Positions 31,163-41,002 are shown, counted from the first letter of the stretch. The stretch is DNA of 64,000 bases from an uncultured delta proteobacterium (GCA_963785725.1 CAWAWS010000047.1:131883-195882), one strand, 5' to 3'. Numbers and translations: made by a program. Notes: generated by a model from the sequence alone, not told the origin.

Positions 31163-31387
31163 CTACTGCTGGCGAAGGACGGTGCGACCGCCGCCGCCGC
31201 CCGGCTCTTTGACGGTGCTGTTGTTGCCGGAGTTGCCGTCGTTGCTGCCGTTGGGATTGCAGCCTTCCACGCCGTTCTGGTTGCTCGCGCTGCCGCCGGC
31301 GACGTGGCGCAGCTCGGCGCTCGTCAGCGAACGCAGGGTGTCGCGGTTGAGCGTCAGCGCCGAAACTTTCGCGCTCGTCTTCTTCAT
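31163..31387 (-). CDS. lanA: Lanthipeptide precursor LanA1 (74 aa)
   Basis: MKKTSAKVSALTLNRDTLRSLTSAELRHVAGG-SASNQNGVEGCNPNGSNDGNSGNNSTVKEPGGGGGRTVLRQQ; leader homologous to LanA2; RBS AGGAAGG. Confidence 0.85.
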   Translation of the reverse strand: MKKTSAKVSALTLNRDTLRSLTSAELRHVAGGSASNQNGVEGCNPNGSNDGNSGNNSTVKEPGGGGGRTVLRQQ

Positions 31388-31437
31388 GATCTATGTCCTT
31401 CCTAAGTGGCAAGCGAAGCGCTCGCACGGCTGAGCAT

Positions 31438-31453
31438 TGCAACGGCAATGCCG
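31438..31453 (-). promoter_or_regulatory. Putative sigma54 promoter of the lan cluster
   Basis: Minus strand CGGCATTGCCGTTGCA = GG-N10-GC with TTGCA at -12, about 50 nt upstream of lanA1. Confidence 0.6.
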
Positions 31454-31869
31454 CGCGCGACCCACGCCAACTCGCGCGCGCGACGAACGCGCCGTGGCTG
31501 CACGCGCAACATGCGCTGGCGACAGTGACCGCGACGGCCACGCATACGACTGTTTGCGTGGCTGCGATCACGGCACGCGTGACGCGAGCTACTTCTTCGT
31601 CAGCGTCGTGGCTTCCGCGCCAGCGCAGCGACGACGGCGGCGATTGCGCGCGCGCGATCGAAACGCGCGCGACCAGCGTCGATCGACGGCGCTCCTAATG
31701 AACCATCGGGATTTGCGATTACAGGGCGAGAAACGCTAGAACGCCGCAGCGCTCGAATGCCGTCGCGGCAAGTGCAGGTGCGAGCCGAGCTCGCGAGCAG
31801 CGCAGGAATACCGTCCGCCGTGACGAGCCTGCCGTAATGCTCGTCGCCGCGGTCAAACCGGTCGGCGAG

Positions 31870-32063
31870 CTACGTCGTGCGCCACTTTTGCGCCAGCTCG
31901 AGCGCGGCTTCGAAGCTCTCGACATATTCGCAGCGCTCGTTGGGGCCGGTCACTTTGGCCATGCCCACGTGCTCGCCTTGACCGAGCTCGACGGTGATGA
32001 AGCGGCCGTCGACGCACTGCCAGCGCACGGCCTCGCCCTTTTGCGGCGTCACCGTGCGCCACG
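31870..32063 (-). CDS. Small hypothetical protein
   Basis: C-terminal part of the 135-aa track ORF (PWRTVTPQKGEAVRWQCVDGRFITVE...AQKWRTT) looks coding; start uncertain. Confidence 0.45.
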
Positions 32064-32273
32064 GCACGAACGTGCCGGTCGTGCGCGGCCGCGGCTGCAG
32101 AATCGGCAGCGGACCCGTGTTGTCTCTACGTTGCGGCTTGGAGCTGCGTTCACTCAATACGACACCTCGGGAAGTGCCATTGTAATCGACCGCGCGCGAC
32201 GATTGCTGAGCGCGGAAGCCGACCGAGCGCGAAACTTTAGCGGACAGCTGCGGAAAGGTGGGACGACGCGCGG

Positions 32274-32726
32274 TCAACCCCGCTCGGGTGGCTCGCCGAA
32301 CACGGCCAAGATCTTGGTGGCGATGCGATCGAAGTCCTCGAAATCGCGCTCGTCGAGCACCGCCGCCATCTGCTCGATGATGCCTTCGCGCGCCGCCTCC
32401 ACGCGATCGCGCACGCGCTGCCCCGCCGCCGACAGCTCGAGCACATATTGTCGGCGATCCTCTTCACTGCGCTTACGCCGCACCCAGCCGCGCTCGACGA
32501 GCGGCTCGAGCGCGCGGCCGGTCAGCGTCGGCGCCGTGTCGGTCGCGCGCGCCAAGTCGGCCTGCGAGATGCGGCTCTCGCGCCCGATGTGCCGCAGCAG
32601 CTTGGCCTGCGCCGTGCCGACCTCGAACGTCGCGTAGGCCTGCTCGCGCACCGCGCGCAAGCTGCGCAGCAGCGCCGTCAAGCGCTCGTAAAACGCATGC
32701 GAATCGCGCGACGACACGAGCGACAC
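32274..32726 (-). CDS. MarR family transcriptional regulator
   Basis: SQADLARAT...LVERGWVRRKRSEEDRRQYVLELSAAG. Confidence 0.92.
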   Translation of the reverse strand: MSLVSSRDSHAFYERLTALLRSLRAVREQAYATFEVGTAQAKLLRHIGRESRISQADLARATDTAPTLTGRALEPLVERGWVRRKRSEEDRRQYVLELSAAGQRVRDRVEAAREGIIEQMAAVLDERDFEDFDRIATKILAVFGEPPERG

Positions 32727-32769
32727 AGTAGTCGATGGTCACCGCGCGCGCAATCTTTCCGGCGGCGCC

Positions 32770-32818
32770 TTGACAACCGTACACCCATGCATCAATATTA
32801 ATATACCAGTGTACGATT
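32770..32818 (+). promoter_or_regulatory. Sigma70-like promoter with overlapping inverted repeat (probable MarR operator)
   Basis: TTGACA-N17-CAATAT; AACCGTACAC...GTGTACGATT inverted repeat (9/10 match) between divergent marR and MFS genes. Confidence 0.6.
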
Positions 32819-32878
32819 AACCGAGCATGTTATCGAGAAGGACGCACACATGAGGAGCGCGGCATCGCGAACGGCGTC

Positions 32879-34189
32879 ATGAGCGGGACATTTCGCTCGC
32901 TCAGTGGCTTCAACTATCGGACCTGGGCCATCGGCGCCTTCGTATCGAACGTCGGCACGTGGATGCAGCGCACGGCGCAGGATTGGCTCGTCCTGACGCA
33001 GCTGACGCACAAGAAGGCGGCGGCGGTCGGCGTCGTCATGGGGTTGCAGTTCGCGCCGCAGGTGCTGCTGTTGCCGTGGACGGGTTGGGCGGCCGATCAC
33101 CTCGATCGCCGCAAGCTCCTGTTCGCGACGCAAGCGACGATGGGCGCGCTGGCGCTCGGCCTCGGCATTCTGACCGTGACCGGCGTCGTGCAGCTGTGGC
33201 AAGTCTACATCTTCGCGTTTCTGCTCGGCTGTGCGACGGCGTTCGACGCGCCGGCGCGGCAGACGTTCGTGTCCGAGCTCGTCGGCGAGAAGGATCTGTC
33301 GAACGCCGTCGGGCTCAACTCGACGTCGTTCAACGCCGCGCGCATGGTCGGACCGGCCATCGCCGGCATCGTCATCGCCGGCGTCGGCACGGGCTGGGCC
33401 TTCTTGCTCAACGCCGCCTCGTTCGTGGCCGTCTTGGCGTCGCTGAGCCTGCTGCGCGTCGACGAGCTGCACCGGCAAGAGCGCGCGCCGCGCAAGGCCG
33501 GCAGCTTCGCCGAGGGCTTCCGCTACGTCTGGAAACGCCCCGACTTGAGCGCCATGTTGCTCATGCTCTTCTTCGTCGGCACGTTCGGCCTCAACTTTCC
33601 CATCTTCATCTCGACGATGGCCGTCAGCGTCTTTCATCGCGGCGCCGGCGGCTACGGCATGCTGACGTCGACGATGGCCGTCGGCACCGTCTCCGGCGCG
33701 CTGTTGGCCGCCCGCCGGCAAAAGCCGCGCGTGGCCGTGGTCCTGTATGGCGCGCTCGCGTTCGGCGTCGGGCTGACGCTGGCGGCGTTCATGCCCAACT
33801 ACGCCCTGTTCGGCATGACGCTCGTCATCATTGGCGCGGCGGCGCAGACGTTCACGAATACGGCGATCAGCACCATGCAGATCTCGACCGATCCGGCGAT
33901 GCGTGGGCGCGTCATGGCGCTCTTTCTCGCGGTGGCGCTCGGCGGCACGCCCATCGGCGCGCCCATCGTCGGCCACATCGCCGACACCTTCGGGCCGCGC
34001 TGGGGCTTGTGCGTCGGCGCCGCCGGCGGATTTTGCGCGGCCGTCGTCGGCTTGCGCTACCTCGTCAAACATCGCCACTTGCGCCTGCACGTCGCCGGCG
34101 GACGGCTGCGGCTCACGTCGGACGAGAGCGAACGAGCGGTCGCGACCGCGCCGGTAACGATGGATCAATCGGTTCGAACGGGAGCTTGA
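32879..34189 (+). CDS. MFS transporter
   Basis: About 12 TM helices; VSNVGTWMQRTAQDWLV, ADHLDRRKL, AFDAPARQ and MRGRVMA. Confidence 0.95.
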   Translation: MSGTFRSLSGFNYRTWAIGAFVSNVGTWMQRTAQDWLVLTQLTHKKAAAVGVVMGLQFAPQVLLLPWTGWAADHLDRRKLLFATQATMGALALGLGILTVTGVVQLWQVYIFAFLLGCATAFDAPARQTFVSELVGEKDLSNAVGLNSTSFNAARMVGPAIAGIVIAGVGTGWAFLLNAASFVAVLASLSLLRVDELHRQERAPRKAGSFAEGFRYVWKRPDLSAMLLMLFFVGTFGLNFPIFISTMAVSVFHRGAGGYGMLTSTMAVGTVSGALLAARRQKPRVAVVLYGALAFGVGLTLAAFMPNYALFGMTLVIIGAAAQTFTNTAISTMQISTDPAMRGRVMALFLAVALGGTPIGAPIVGHIADTFGPRWGLCVGAAGGFCAAVVGLRYLVKHRHLRLHVAGGRLRLTSDESERAVATAPVTMDQSVRTGA

Positions 34190-34344
34190 AGCGACCTGCC
34201 TGCTGCGGCGCTCGATGCCAAGGCCGCGCTCGTCGTCATTGACCCGCAACAGGGGCTGGCCGGCTTTCCGGTCGGTTCATCCGTTCGCGCACCTCGGCTG
34301 GGAGCGCTCGATACGACCGACGCGATCTGGGCGCTACTCGGACG

Positions 34345-34941
34345 TTAGTTGAAGGAGTCGTCGGTGCGGGCGGGGCAGCTGCGCACGTCGGTGGTCGTCG
34401 CCTCGCGCTCGGGGCCTTCCTCCAAGAGCGAGCAGTCATCGAGCGTCGAGCAAAAGCAGACGCTGATCGACATCTGCGAGATCAGCTTCATCATGGTGGC
34501 GCAGAGCGGGTCGGCGGGCCCGAGCACGTCCGGCAACTGCTCGGTGTGGGGACCGGCAGTGACCGGCGGCTTCTTGCACGAGAGCTCGAAGGCGCGGATC
34601 TCTTCGCCGGCCGAGATGGTCGCGCGGCCGATGCCGGAATAGTGGACGCTGCGCAAATCGTGACCGTTGCCGACCGCGAGCTTGACCAGCTCGATCCAGT
34701 TGTGAATCGGTTTACCGCCGATCGAAAAGGTCATATTGCGAATGCGCGCCGGCCCGCTGCCTTTATTGGCGACGATGACATGGACGTCCTCGTCGGTCGA
34801 GCCGCTACTGAGCGCGACGATCGGAAAGACCTGCGCGCGCACCTGTTGCCGCTGAATGTAAGCGGTATAAGCGGACACGAGCAGCGCGCAGACGCCGACG
34901 AGCGTGGCCACGATGGCGTCATAGCGAGAGGCGCGTTCCAT
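34345..34941 (-). CDS. Hypothetical membrane-anchored protein
   Basis: Start MERASRYDAIV, N-terminal TM, NKGSGPARI and CFCSTLDDC. Confidence 0.7.
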   Translation of the reverse strand: MERASRYDAIVATLVGVCALLVSAYTAYIQRQQVRAQVFPIVALSSGSTDEDVHVIVANKGSGPARIRNMTFSIGGKPIHNWIELVKLAVGNGHDLRSVHYSGIGRATISAGEEIRAFELSCKKPPVTAGPHTEQLPDVLGPADPLCATMMKLISQMSISVCFCSTLDDCSLLEEGPEREATTTDVRSCPARTDDSFN

Positions 34942-35032
34942 CGGCACCGCAGCGTGCCAGCCGCGTCGGCCGCTGACAAGCGAGCTGGCACACACCGCTC
35001 GGACTTGCGTACTGCGGATCGACGCGCGGCGG

Positions 35033-38000
35033 TTAGCGCGCTTCGTCCGCCGCTTGCCAGCGCCAGCGCGCCAGATCCGAGCGCGTCGGCAAGCCGGCGC
35101 CATGCCAGACCACCCGGCCAGTCGTCGTATCGAGGACGAGCGTCGACGGCAGCGGCGGGCTGTCGCCGACGAGCGTGGCGATCGCCGCCGCGCGCGCGCC
35201 GGCATAAGGCAGGAGCGCGTGCCGCGCGCCGTGCGCCGCCGACCAACGGGCGACGGCCGCGTCGTCATCCTTGGGCTCGACGCTGACGCCGACGAGGTCG
35301 AGCTTGTCGGCGCCCTGTCCGCTCGCCGCCAGCGCCTCGATACGCGGATTGGCCCGCACGCAGGCCTCGCACCACGTCGCGAACAGGTCGACCAAGAGCC
35401 AGCGCGCATGCCCGCGCAGCGACGCCGGAATGCCGTCGAGGATCTGCTTGCCGAGCGCATCGGCGTCACGGCCGGGCAGCGGCGGATTCGCAGTCGTCGT
35501 CGGCGGCGCCGCGCGGCCGCCGTAAATGCCCGGCAGCTCCTTCAGCCCTTTGCCTTCGACCACGCGATACATCTTGTCGGCGGCGACGTCGTGGAACGTG
35601 CGCGACTCGCCGCCGGCGAACTTCACGACCAGCTCGTCGACCTTGGCGCAGCGATCGAGCCCCAGCGTCAACGACAGCGAATTGACCGTCGCAAAGCCGC
35701 TGCCGATCTCCACTTCGCGCGTCTGCACGAGGCCGCAGGCCTTGGCCGTCACGCGCGCGCCGACCGCCTGCGCCTGCCGCGTGCCTTCGATGCGCAAGCC
35801 GACGAAGTGCCGCTGCGACGCCGGACCCACCTGATTGTGATAGACGCGCAAGAGCGGCACGTTGCGATTGACGACAATCAAGTCGCTGAAGCCGTCGCGA
35901 TCGAGATCGGCCACCGCCATCGCGCGCGCGTCTTCGAGCCCATCGGCGCCCGACAAATACGACAACTCGACGACGTCCTTGGCCGCGCGCGACACGAACA
36001 TGCGATCGCGCTCGCGCCCCGACAAATCCATACGCGACGCCGCGCGCGGGCCGTTATCCATGGCATTGCGTGAGACGCCTTGCGAGGACACGCCTCGCCA
36101 ATAGTCACTTCAAAGATCGCGGACGAATGGATCGTCCGGTGACACCGACGAGGTAAAGAAGCCGTTGGGCGCGAAGATGTCGAGCCAACCGTCGCCGTCG
36201 ATATCGACGAACTGCGACGAATAAGACCAGCTGGCATTACGCGCGGGGGCAAACGCCGCCGTCGCCGTCAAATCGCGAAAACGCCCCTCGCCGTCATTGC
36301 ACAAGAGCGTGTTGCCGCGCGCTGCTTGATGACGGGCCGTGCGCGCGTCTTTGTCGTGATCGGCCGAGAAATTGCGCTCGTCGGACATGATGCGCTTGCC
36401 GGCCGTGGACTGCATCGCCGTCGCGTACAAATCCAAATCGCCGTCGTTGTCGAAGTCGGCCAGGGACGCGCCCATGCCGAAGAAGATCTGATCGGCGCCG
36501 CTCGACTGCGAGATGTCGACATAACGCCCTTTACGCCACAAATAGAGGTTCGCCGGCGCAAAGTCGTTGGCGACATACAGATCGGGATGGCCATCGCCGT
36601 CGAGATCGCCGAATGACGCCTGCAGCGAATTGCGAAACAGCGTCAGCCCCAAGCCTTCGGTGGCGTCGAGGAACAGGCCGTCGCCGCGATTGAGCATGAC
36701 GACATTGCGCGGCCCGAACTGAAAGATATTGATGTCGAACTTGTGGTCGGCGATGGCCTGTCTCGCCGCCGGCATCGCCTCCATCAGCATCTTGAGCTCG
36801 GCCGGATCGAGGCGCGCCGCCACCTGGCGATTGCCGTCGATGAGCGCCTGCAAGTGGCCGTGAAAGTCGTGCGCCGCGGTCGCGAAATAGATGTCGAGCC
36901 GGCCGTCGCCGTCGAGGTCGGCGAGCGAAATGGACGAGACGTGCGCCGGCAAGCCGTAGCGACCGGCCTCGCCCGGCCACATGCGGCCGCCGGCGCCGAA
37001 GCGAATCTCCGACGGCGTGAACCAGTGGCCGAGGACGACGTCGAGCCGGCCGTCGCCGTCGAGATCGGCGAACGCCGCCGCGCTCACGTCGGCGACCTCG
37101 AGGCCGAATTCGCGCGTGCGGTCGGAGAAGCGGTGCCCGCCGTCGTTGTGCAGGAGCGTCGCCGGCCCGCTCGCGTCCCACACGAACAGGTCGTCGAAGC
37201 CATCGCCGTCGATGTCGACGACCACGACGCCGGGATGCGCGTCCATCGCCAGCGGCAGCAGATGATCGAGCGCCGCCGATGGCGGCTGCTTGTCGTCGAG
37301 CAGCATGCGATGCAGCTCGTCCGACGCCGAGTGCGTGCGCAGCCGCGCCTGCGTCTCGGCCGAGACGCCGCCGAGCCAGCGATCGGTCACGTCGGCGAAC
37401 ATCAGCGCCGGCGCGCGCTGCGTCTCGTATTTGGTGACGACGAAGCGGGTGATGCGCCAGCGACCGTCGCGCTTGGCGAAGCGCACGTCGGCGGCGCCGC
37501 TGTCGTGCCGCCAGCCGCTGCCTTCGCGCCCGCCGAAGTCGAGCGCCACGTACGCGCCGAAGGTTCCGTCGGGATATTCCTTGGCGTCTTTGGGCTTGAA
37601 GACCGACCGCTCCACAAACGTGTAAGGCTTGAACCAGGCGCGAAAGTGCGCGCCGACCGCCGCGCTCGACAGGGGCGCCGGCGCCGTCACCACATAGGGC
37701 GTGACCGTCATGCCGTCCGGCAAGGGCTGGCTCGGCTGCGCCGTCGGCCAGGCGAATTCGACGCTGTCGGCGAAATAGGGCGCGCCCATTTGATCGCCGA
37801 GCTCGTAGGCGCCGCGCGCCAGATCCTGCAGCAGGCCTTCGATGATGCGGACTTTGAACTCGACCGGCCAGCGCGTCTCGTAGTCGGGCTCGTCCGCGTA
37901 GAGCTTGCGCACGAGCGCCTCGTAATCACGCGCTTCGCTCGGCGTCGACGTCGGGGATTCGGTGGTGGCGCTGGGAGGTGGCGCTTCCGCTCGTCGGGTG

Positions 38001-38059
38001 CAGCCAGCCAGCAGCGACAACCCGACGAGCGCGTGCAGCGTAGCGGCGAGGCGGGTCAC
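35033..38059 (-). CDS. Lipoprotein with FG-GAP repeats, ASPIC/UnbV and TlpA-like thioredoxin; in-frame TGA at 36110-36112 (candidate selenocysteine)
   Basis: LAGC lipobox; repeated DxDGDGxxD; ...PFVRDL-TGA-SDYWRGVSSQ in a single frame; AVGARV...LTLGL ASPIC; FATWCEAC. Confidence 0.8.
36082..36098 (-). promoter_or_regulatory. Candidate bacterial SECIS element
   Basis: mRNA: UGA-AGUGACUAUUG-(GCGAGG-CGUGU-CCUCGC); 11-nt spacer, 6-bp stem, GU-containing loop. Confidence 0.6.
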
Positions 38060-38068
38060 ACGGTCATC

Positions 38069-39709
38069 TTATTGTGAAAGCGCGGTCGTGACGAGCTGGA
38101 TCTCCGTATCCGACAGCTCGCGGAAGCGCGGCGGCGGCATGCGGCGGAAGACATCGTCCGGCAAGGTCAGGCGGTGAATCGCCAGCTGCTTCTCGGCCGC
38201 GGGCATCGTCGCCAGCTTGGTCACGTCGAAGCGAGCGCGCGTCAGCGTCTGGTCCAAGTTCGGGTTGTGGCACTGCTGGCACATGTTGACCAGGATGCCC
38301 TGCCCGTTGCCCGCCGTGACCAAGTCGGCCGACGGACGGAACGACAGGTCTTGGTAAGCCGACGCCAGGAACACGTCGCGGATGTCGGTCGTCAGCGGCG
38401 TGCCCGTCTGCGTCGCCAGATAGGCCGCGGTCGCGGTCGCCAAGAGCGTCGGGTCGGTCACGCGGTTCTCGTGATACGGCGGCGGGATGTCGAGGCCCGT
38501 CTTGTGGTTGTCATAGAGCACGAGCCAGCCGGCGCTCGCGCCCTTGTCGAGCAGCGTCGTCGTGTCGAACTCGTTCGGCTGCGTCTTGAAGCCCTGGTTC
38601 TCGACGAGACCTTCGAGCGCGGCCGGGTCAGGACCGCCGCCGTTGAACGGACCGGCGCCGTTGTTGTTGGTCGTGTTCGGGTTGAAGATGACCGCGCCCG
38701 GGATGCCGGCGTAGGTCTCGGTCGTGCCGTGCGCGGCCTGGTAATCGGCGAGCATCTGCTGACCATTGGAGCGGTTGTTGCGGAAGAAGTGACCCCACGG
38801 ATTCTGCAGCTCCTGCTGGCGCAGAATCTTCGGCGTCCCCGTCGTCGTCTGATGGCACTGCAAGCAGTCGAAGATCGTGTTCTTGATGTCGACGTCCTGA
38901 TACAGCGAGTAGCTGGTGAAGTTGCTCTCCACCTTCGGCGTCAGCAGATCGTCGAGCGAGCAGCCGGCCGCCGTGGCGTTGCAGGCCTGCGCGAAGCGGA
39001 AGAGGAAGAAGTTGAGGTCGCCCTTGCCGCCGTTGGCCGTCGGATCGTTGGACACGAGCTCGACGAACTGCTCGCCGCGCACGAAGCCCATGGCGACGAA
39101 GCTGGCCAGCGGCTGCGCCTTGTTGGTGCGACCGCGCGTGATCGGCGGCGTGAAGATGATGGCGCGCGGGTTGATGGCCGACGTAAAGCGCGTCACCAGC
39201 GACGTCGAGTGGCCGGTGAGCACGAACGCCGGGTTGCCGTTGTTGCCGTTGGTGATGTTGCCGGCCTTGAAGTCGAGGCCGACGAGCTTCTGCAAGTCGA
39301 CCAAGCTGGTGATGACGGGCGGCGTCGCGCTGGCGCAGAACGCCTTGGAGACCGCGTCGCCGTTGTTGCGCGCGCACAAGGCCGCCAGCTGCACGGCGCC
39401 GGTCTTGAATCCGACGAGCGTCGACAACGGATCGACGACCGAGTCGAGCGGATCGGCGCCGCCATCACCGGTCGCGACGCCGGCATCGGGCACCGCGGCC
39501 GAGCCACCGCCGCCGGCGTCGCCGGTCGTGCCGCCGCCGGCGTTGCCGCCGGTTCCGACGGTCCCGCCAGCGCTGCCGCTGCCGCCCGCGCTCGACCCAG
39601 GATCGTAGCCGTTGTTGTTGCCGGTCCCGCTGTTGGACTGCATCCCTGCATTTCCGAGACAGCCGCTGACCAGGAAGAACAGAGACACGCTGCAGGCAGT
39701 ACGAACCAT
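38069..39709 (-). CDS. Diheme c-type cytochrome lipoprotein
   Basis: VSGC lipobox, Gly-rich linker, CLQCH and CQQCH, distal RRMPP; ends 9 nt before the FG-GAP gene. Confidence 0.8.
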   Translation of the reverse strand: MVRTACSVSLFFLVSGCLGNAGMQSNSGTGNNNGYDPGSSAGGSGSAGGTVGTGGNAGGGTTGDAGGGGSAAVPDAGVATGDGGADPLDSVVDPLSTLVGFKTGAVQLAALCARNNGDAVSKAFCASATPPVITSLVDLQKLVGLDFKAGNITNGNNGNPAFVLTGHSTSLVTRFTSAINPRAIIFTPPITRGRTNKAQPLASFVAMGFVRGEQFVELVSNDPTANGGKGDLNFFLFRFAQACNATAAGCSLDDLLTPKVESNFTSYSLYQDVDIKNTIFDCLQCHQTTTGTPKILRQQELQNPWGHFFRNNRSNGQQMLADYQAAHGTTETYAGIPGAVIFNPNTTNNNGAGPFNGGGPDPAALEGLVENQGFKTQPNEFDTTTLLDKGASAGWLVLYDNHKTGLDIPPPYHENRVTDPTLLATATAAYLATQTGTPLTTDIRDVFLASAYQDLSFRPSADLVTAGNGQGILVNMCQQCHNPNLDQTLTRARFDVTKLATMPAAEKQLAIHRLTLPDDVFRRMPPPRFRELSDTEIQLVTTALSQ

Positions 39710-39898
39710 GCTGGGCGCCTCTTCAAGGCCAATGCCAGCGATCGGGCGCATACGCTTTCAACGACTTGGCGTGTAAACAGCTCCGTTACAGTACGGTCGG
39801 TGGGAGGGGAAAAATTCCTGACTTGGTCCCTTTGCTCCCATCGCAAGCGGCGTTTACGCAACCTGTCTGCCGCAGCTGCGCGACGGGCTGCCCACGCT

Positions 39899-40813
39899 TC
39901 ACGGCAGTCGCAGCACGTGCAGCGTCGGCGGCATCGTCGGCTCTTTGCCGCGTCGCTCGACGAAGAAGAGGCGCTTGCCGGCGGGGTCGAAGGCGATGCC
40001 GCGCAGCGGCCGCAAGCCGGCCACGACGGTCGTGACGGCGCCGTCGCTGCCGACGCGGTAGACGGTGCCCGCTTTGCTGGCCGCGAACAGCGCGCCGGCC
40101 TCGCCCGCGCACAAGAGATCGGGCTCAGTCAGCTGCGCGAACGGCCGCGCGTCCGCCGGTGCCGACAAGGTCGCGCGCACGATCGTGTTCGCCTCCTGGT
40201 CGCTGACGTAGATCGCGTCGCCGACCACGAGGACGCCGACCGGCTTCTGCAGCCCGCCGATGATGTCGCTCTCGGCGGCGTGGCCGTTGCCGTCGATGCT
40301 GAGCCGGGCGACGGCGCCGTGGGTCGCGTGCTTGGCCTCGTCGTAAACGAAGTAGCCGTCGAAGAGCGCGCCCGAGTCGTCGCCGGCGAGGCCGATGCGG
40401 CGGCGCGTGCCGTCGAGCCCGTCGGCGAGCTTGGCGACGCCGTCCGGGCCGACGACGAGGATGCCGCCGCCGTCGCCGTGACCGAAGCGCGTCACGAAGG
40501 TGCTGCCGTCGGGCGTGCGCACGAGCTGACCGAGGCCCGGCCTGCCCGCCGGCGCCGGCAGCGCGGCGGCGAGGGTGAAGCGGCCCTCCTGCCATCGATA
40601 GAGCGCGTGCGCTTCGTCGCTGGCGAAATAGAGCGTGGCCGCCGGCGCGTCCCACCATAAACCGTTGGGCTCGACCGGCAGCGCGAAGGTCACCGGCGCT
40701 GCCGCTTTGGCGGCCGCGGCGGGGGTGGTCGTGGACACGGCCGGCGACGACGGTCGCGCGCAACCGACGCCGAAGCAGCAGACGAAGGCGGATAAGGCGA
40801 GGCGAAAAACCAT
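39899..40813 (-). CDS. Beta-propeller lipoprotein (SMP-30/NHL-like)
   Basis: GVGC lipobox; repeats EPNGLWWD, KPVGVLV...IYVSDQ and LRGIAFDPAGKRLFFVE. Confidence 0.7.
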   Translation of the reverse strand: MVFRLALSAFVCCFGVGCARPSSPAVSTTTPAAAAKAAAPVTFALPVEPNGLWWDAPAATLYFASDEAHALYRWQEGRFTLAAALPAPAGRPGLGQLVRTPDGSTFVTRFGHGDGGGILVVGPDGVAKLADGLDGTRRRIGLAGDDSGALFDGYFVYDEAKHATHGAVARLSIDGNGHAAESDIIGGLQKPVGVLVVGDAIYVSDQEANTIVRATLSAPADARPFAQLTEPDLLCAGEAGALFAASKAGTVYRVGSDGAVTTVVAGLRPLRGIAFDPAGKRLFFVERRGKEPTMPPTLHVLRLP

Positions 40814-40943
40814 GTGATACATTAACCCAAGGCGTCGACTGCTCGTGGCCGCGGTCCCAGGTTGCGGAGCCCAGGCCCCGGCGAAGCAGCGACGAAGCAC
40901 GGTTTTGCATCAATGGAATCTACGACTTGTATTGACGCGGCAC

Positions 40944-40960
40944 GCGGCACGCCGTTCGCA
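40944..40960 (+). promoter_or_regulatory. Putative sigma54 promoter
   Basis: CGGCACGCCGTTCGCA = GG-N10-GC, about 43 nt upstream of the ATG at 41003. Confidence 0.45.
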
Positions 40961-41002
40961 AACGCTGGCCTGAACCAGCGCTTCGTCGAACGAGGAGATC
41001 CC

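Noticed and set aside
38174..40660. Long antisense or alternate-frame ORFs (e.g. 828 aa here; also 12272-14365, 20276-21877, 29790-31433)
   Set aside because: Arg/Ala-rich shadow ORFs expected in high-GC DNA, overlapping well-supported genes.
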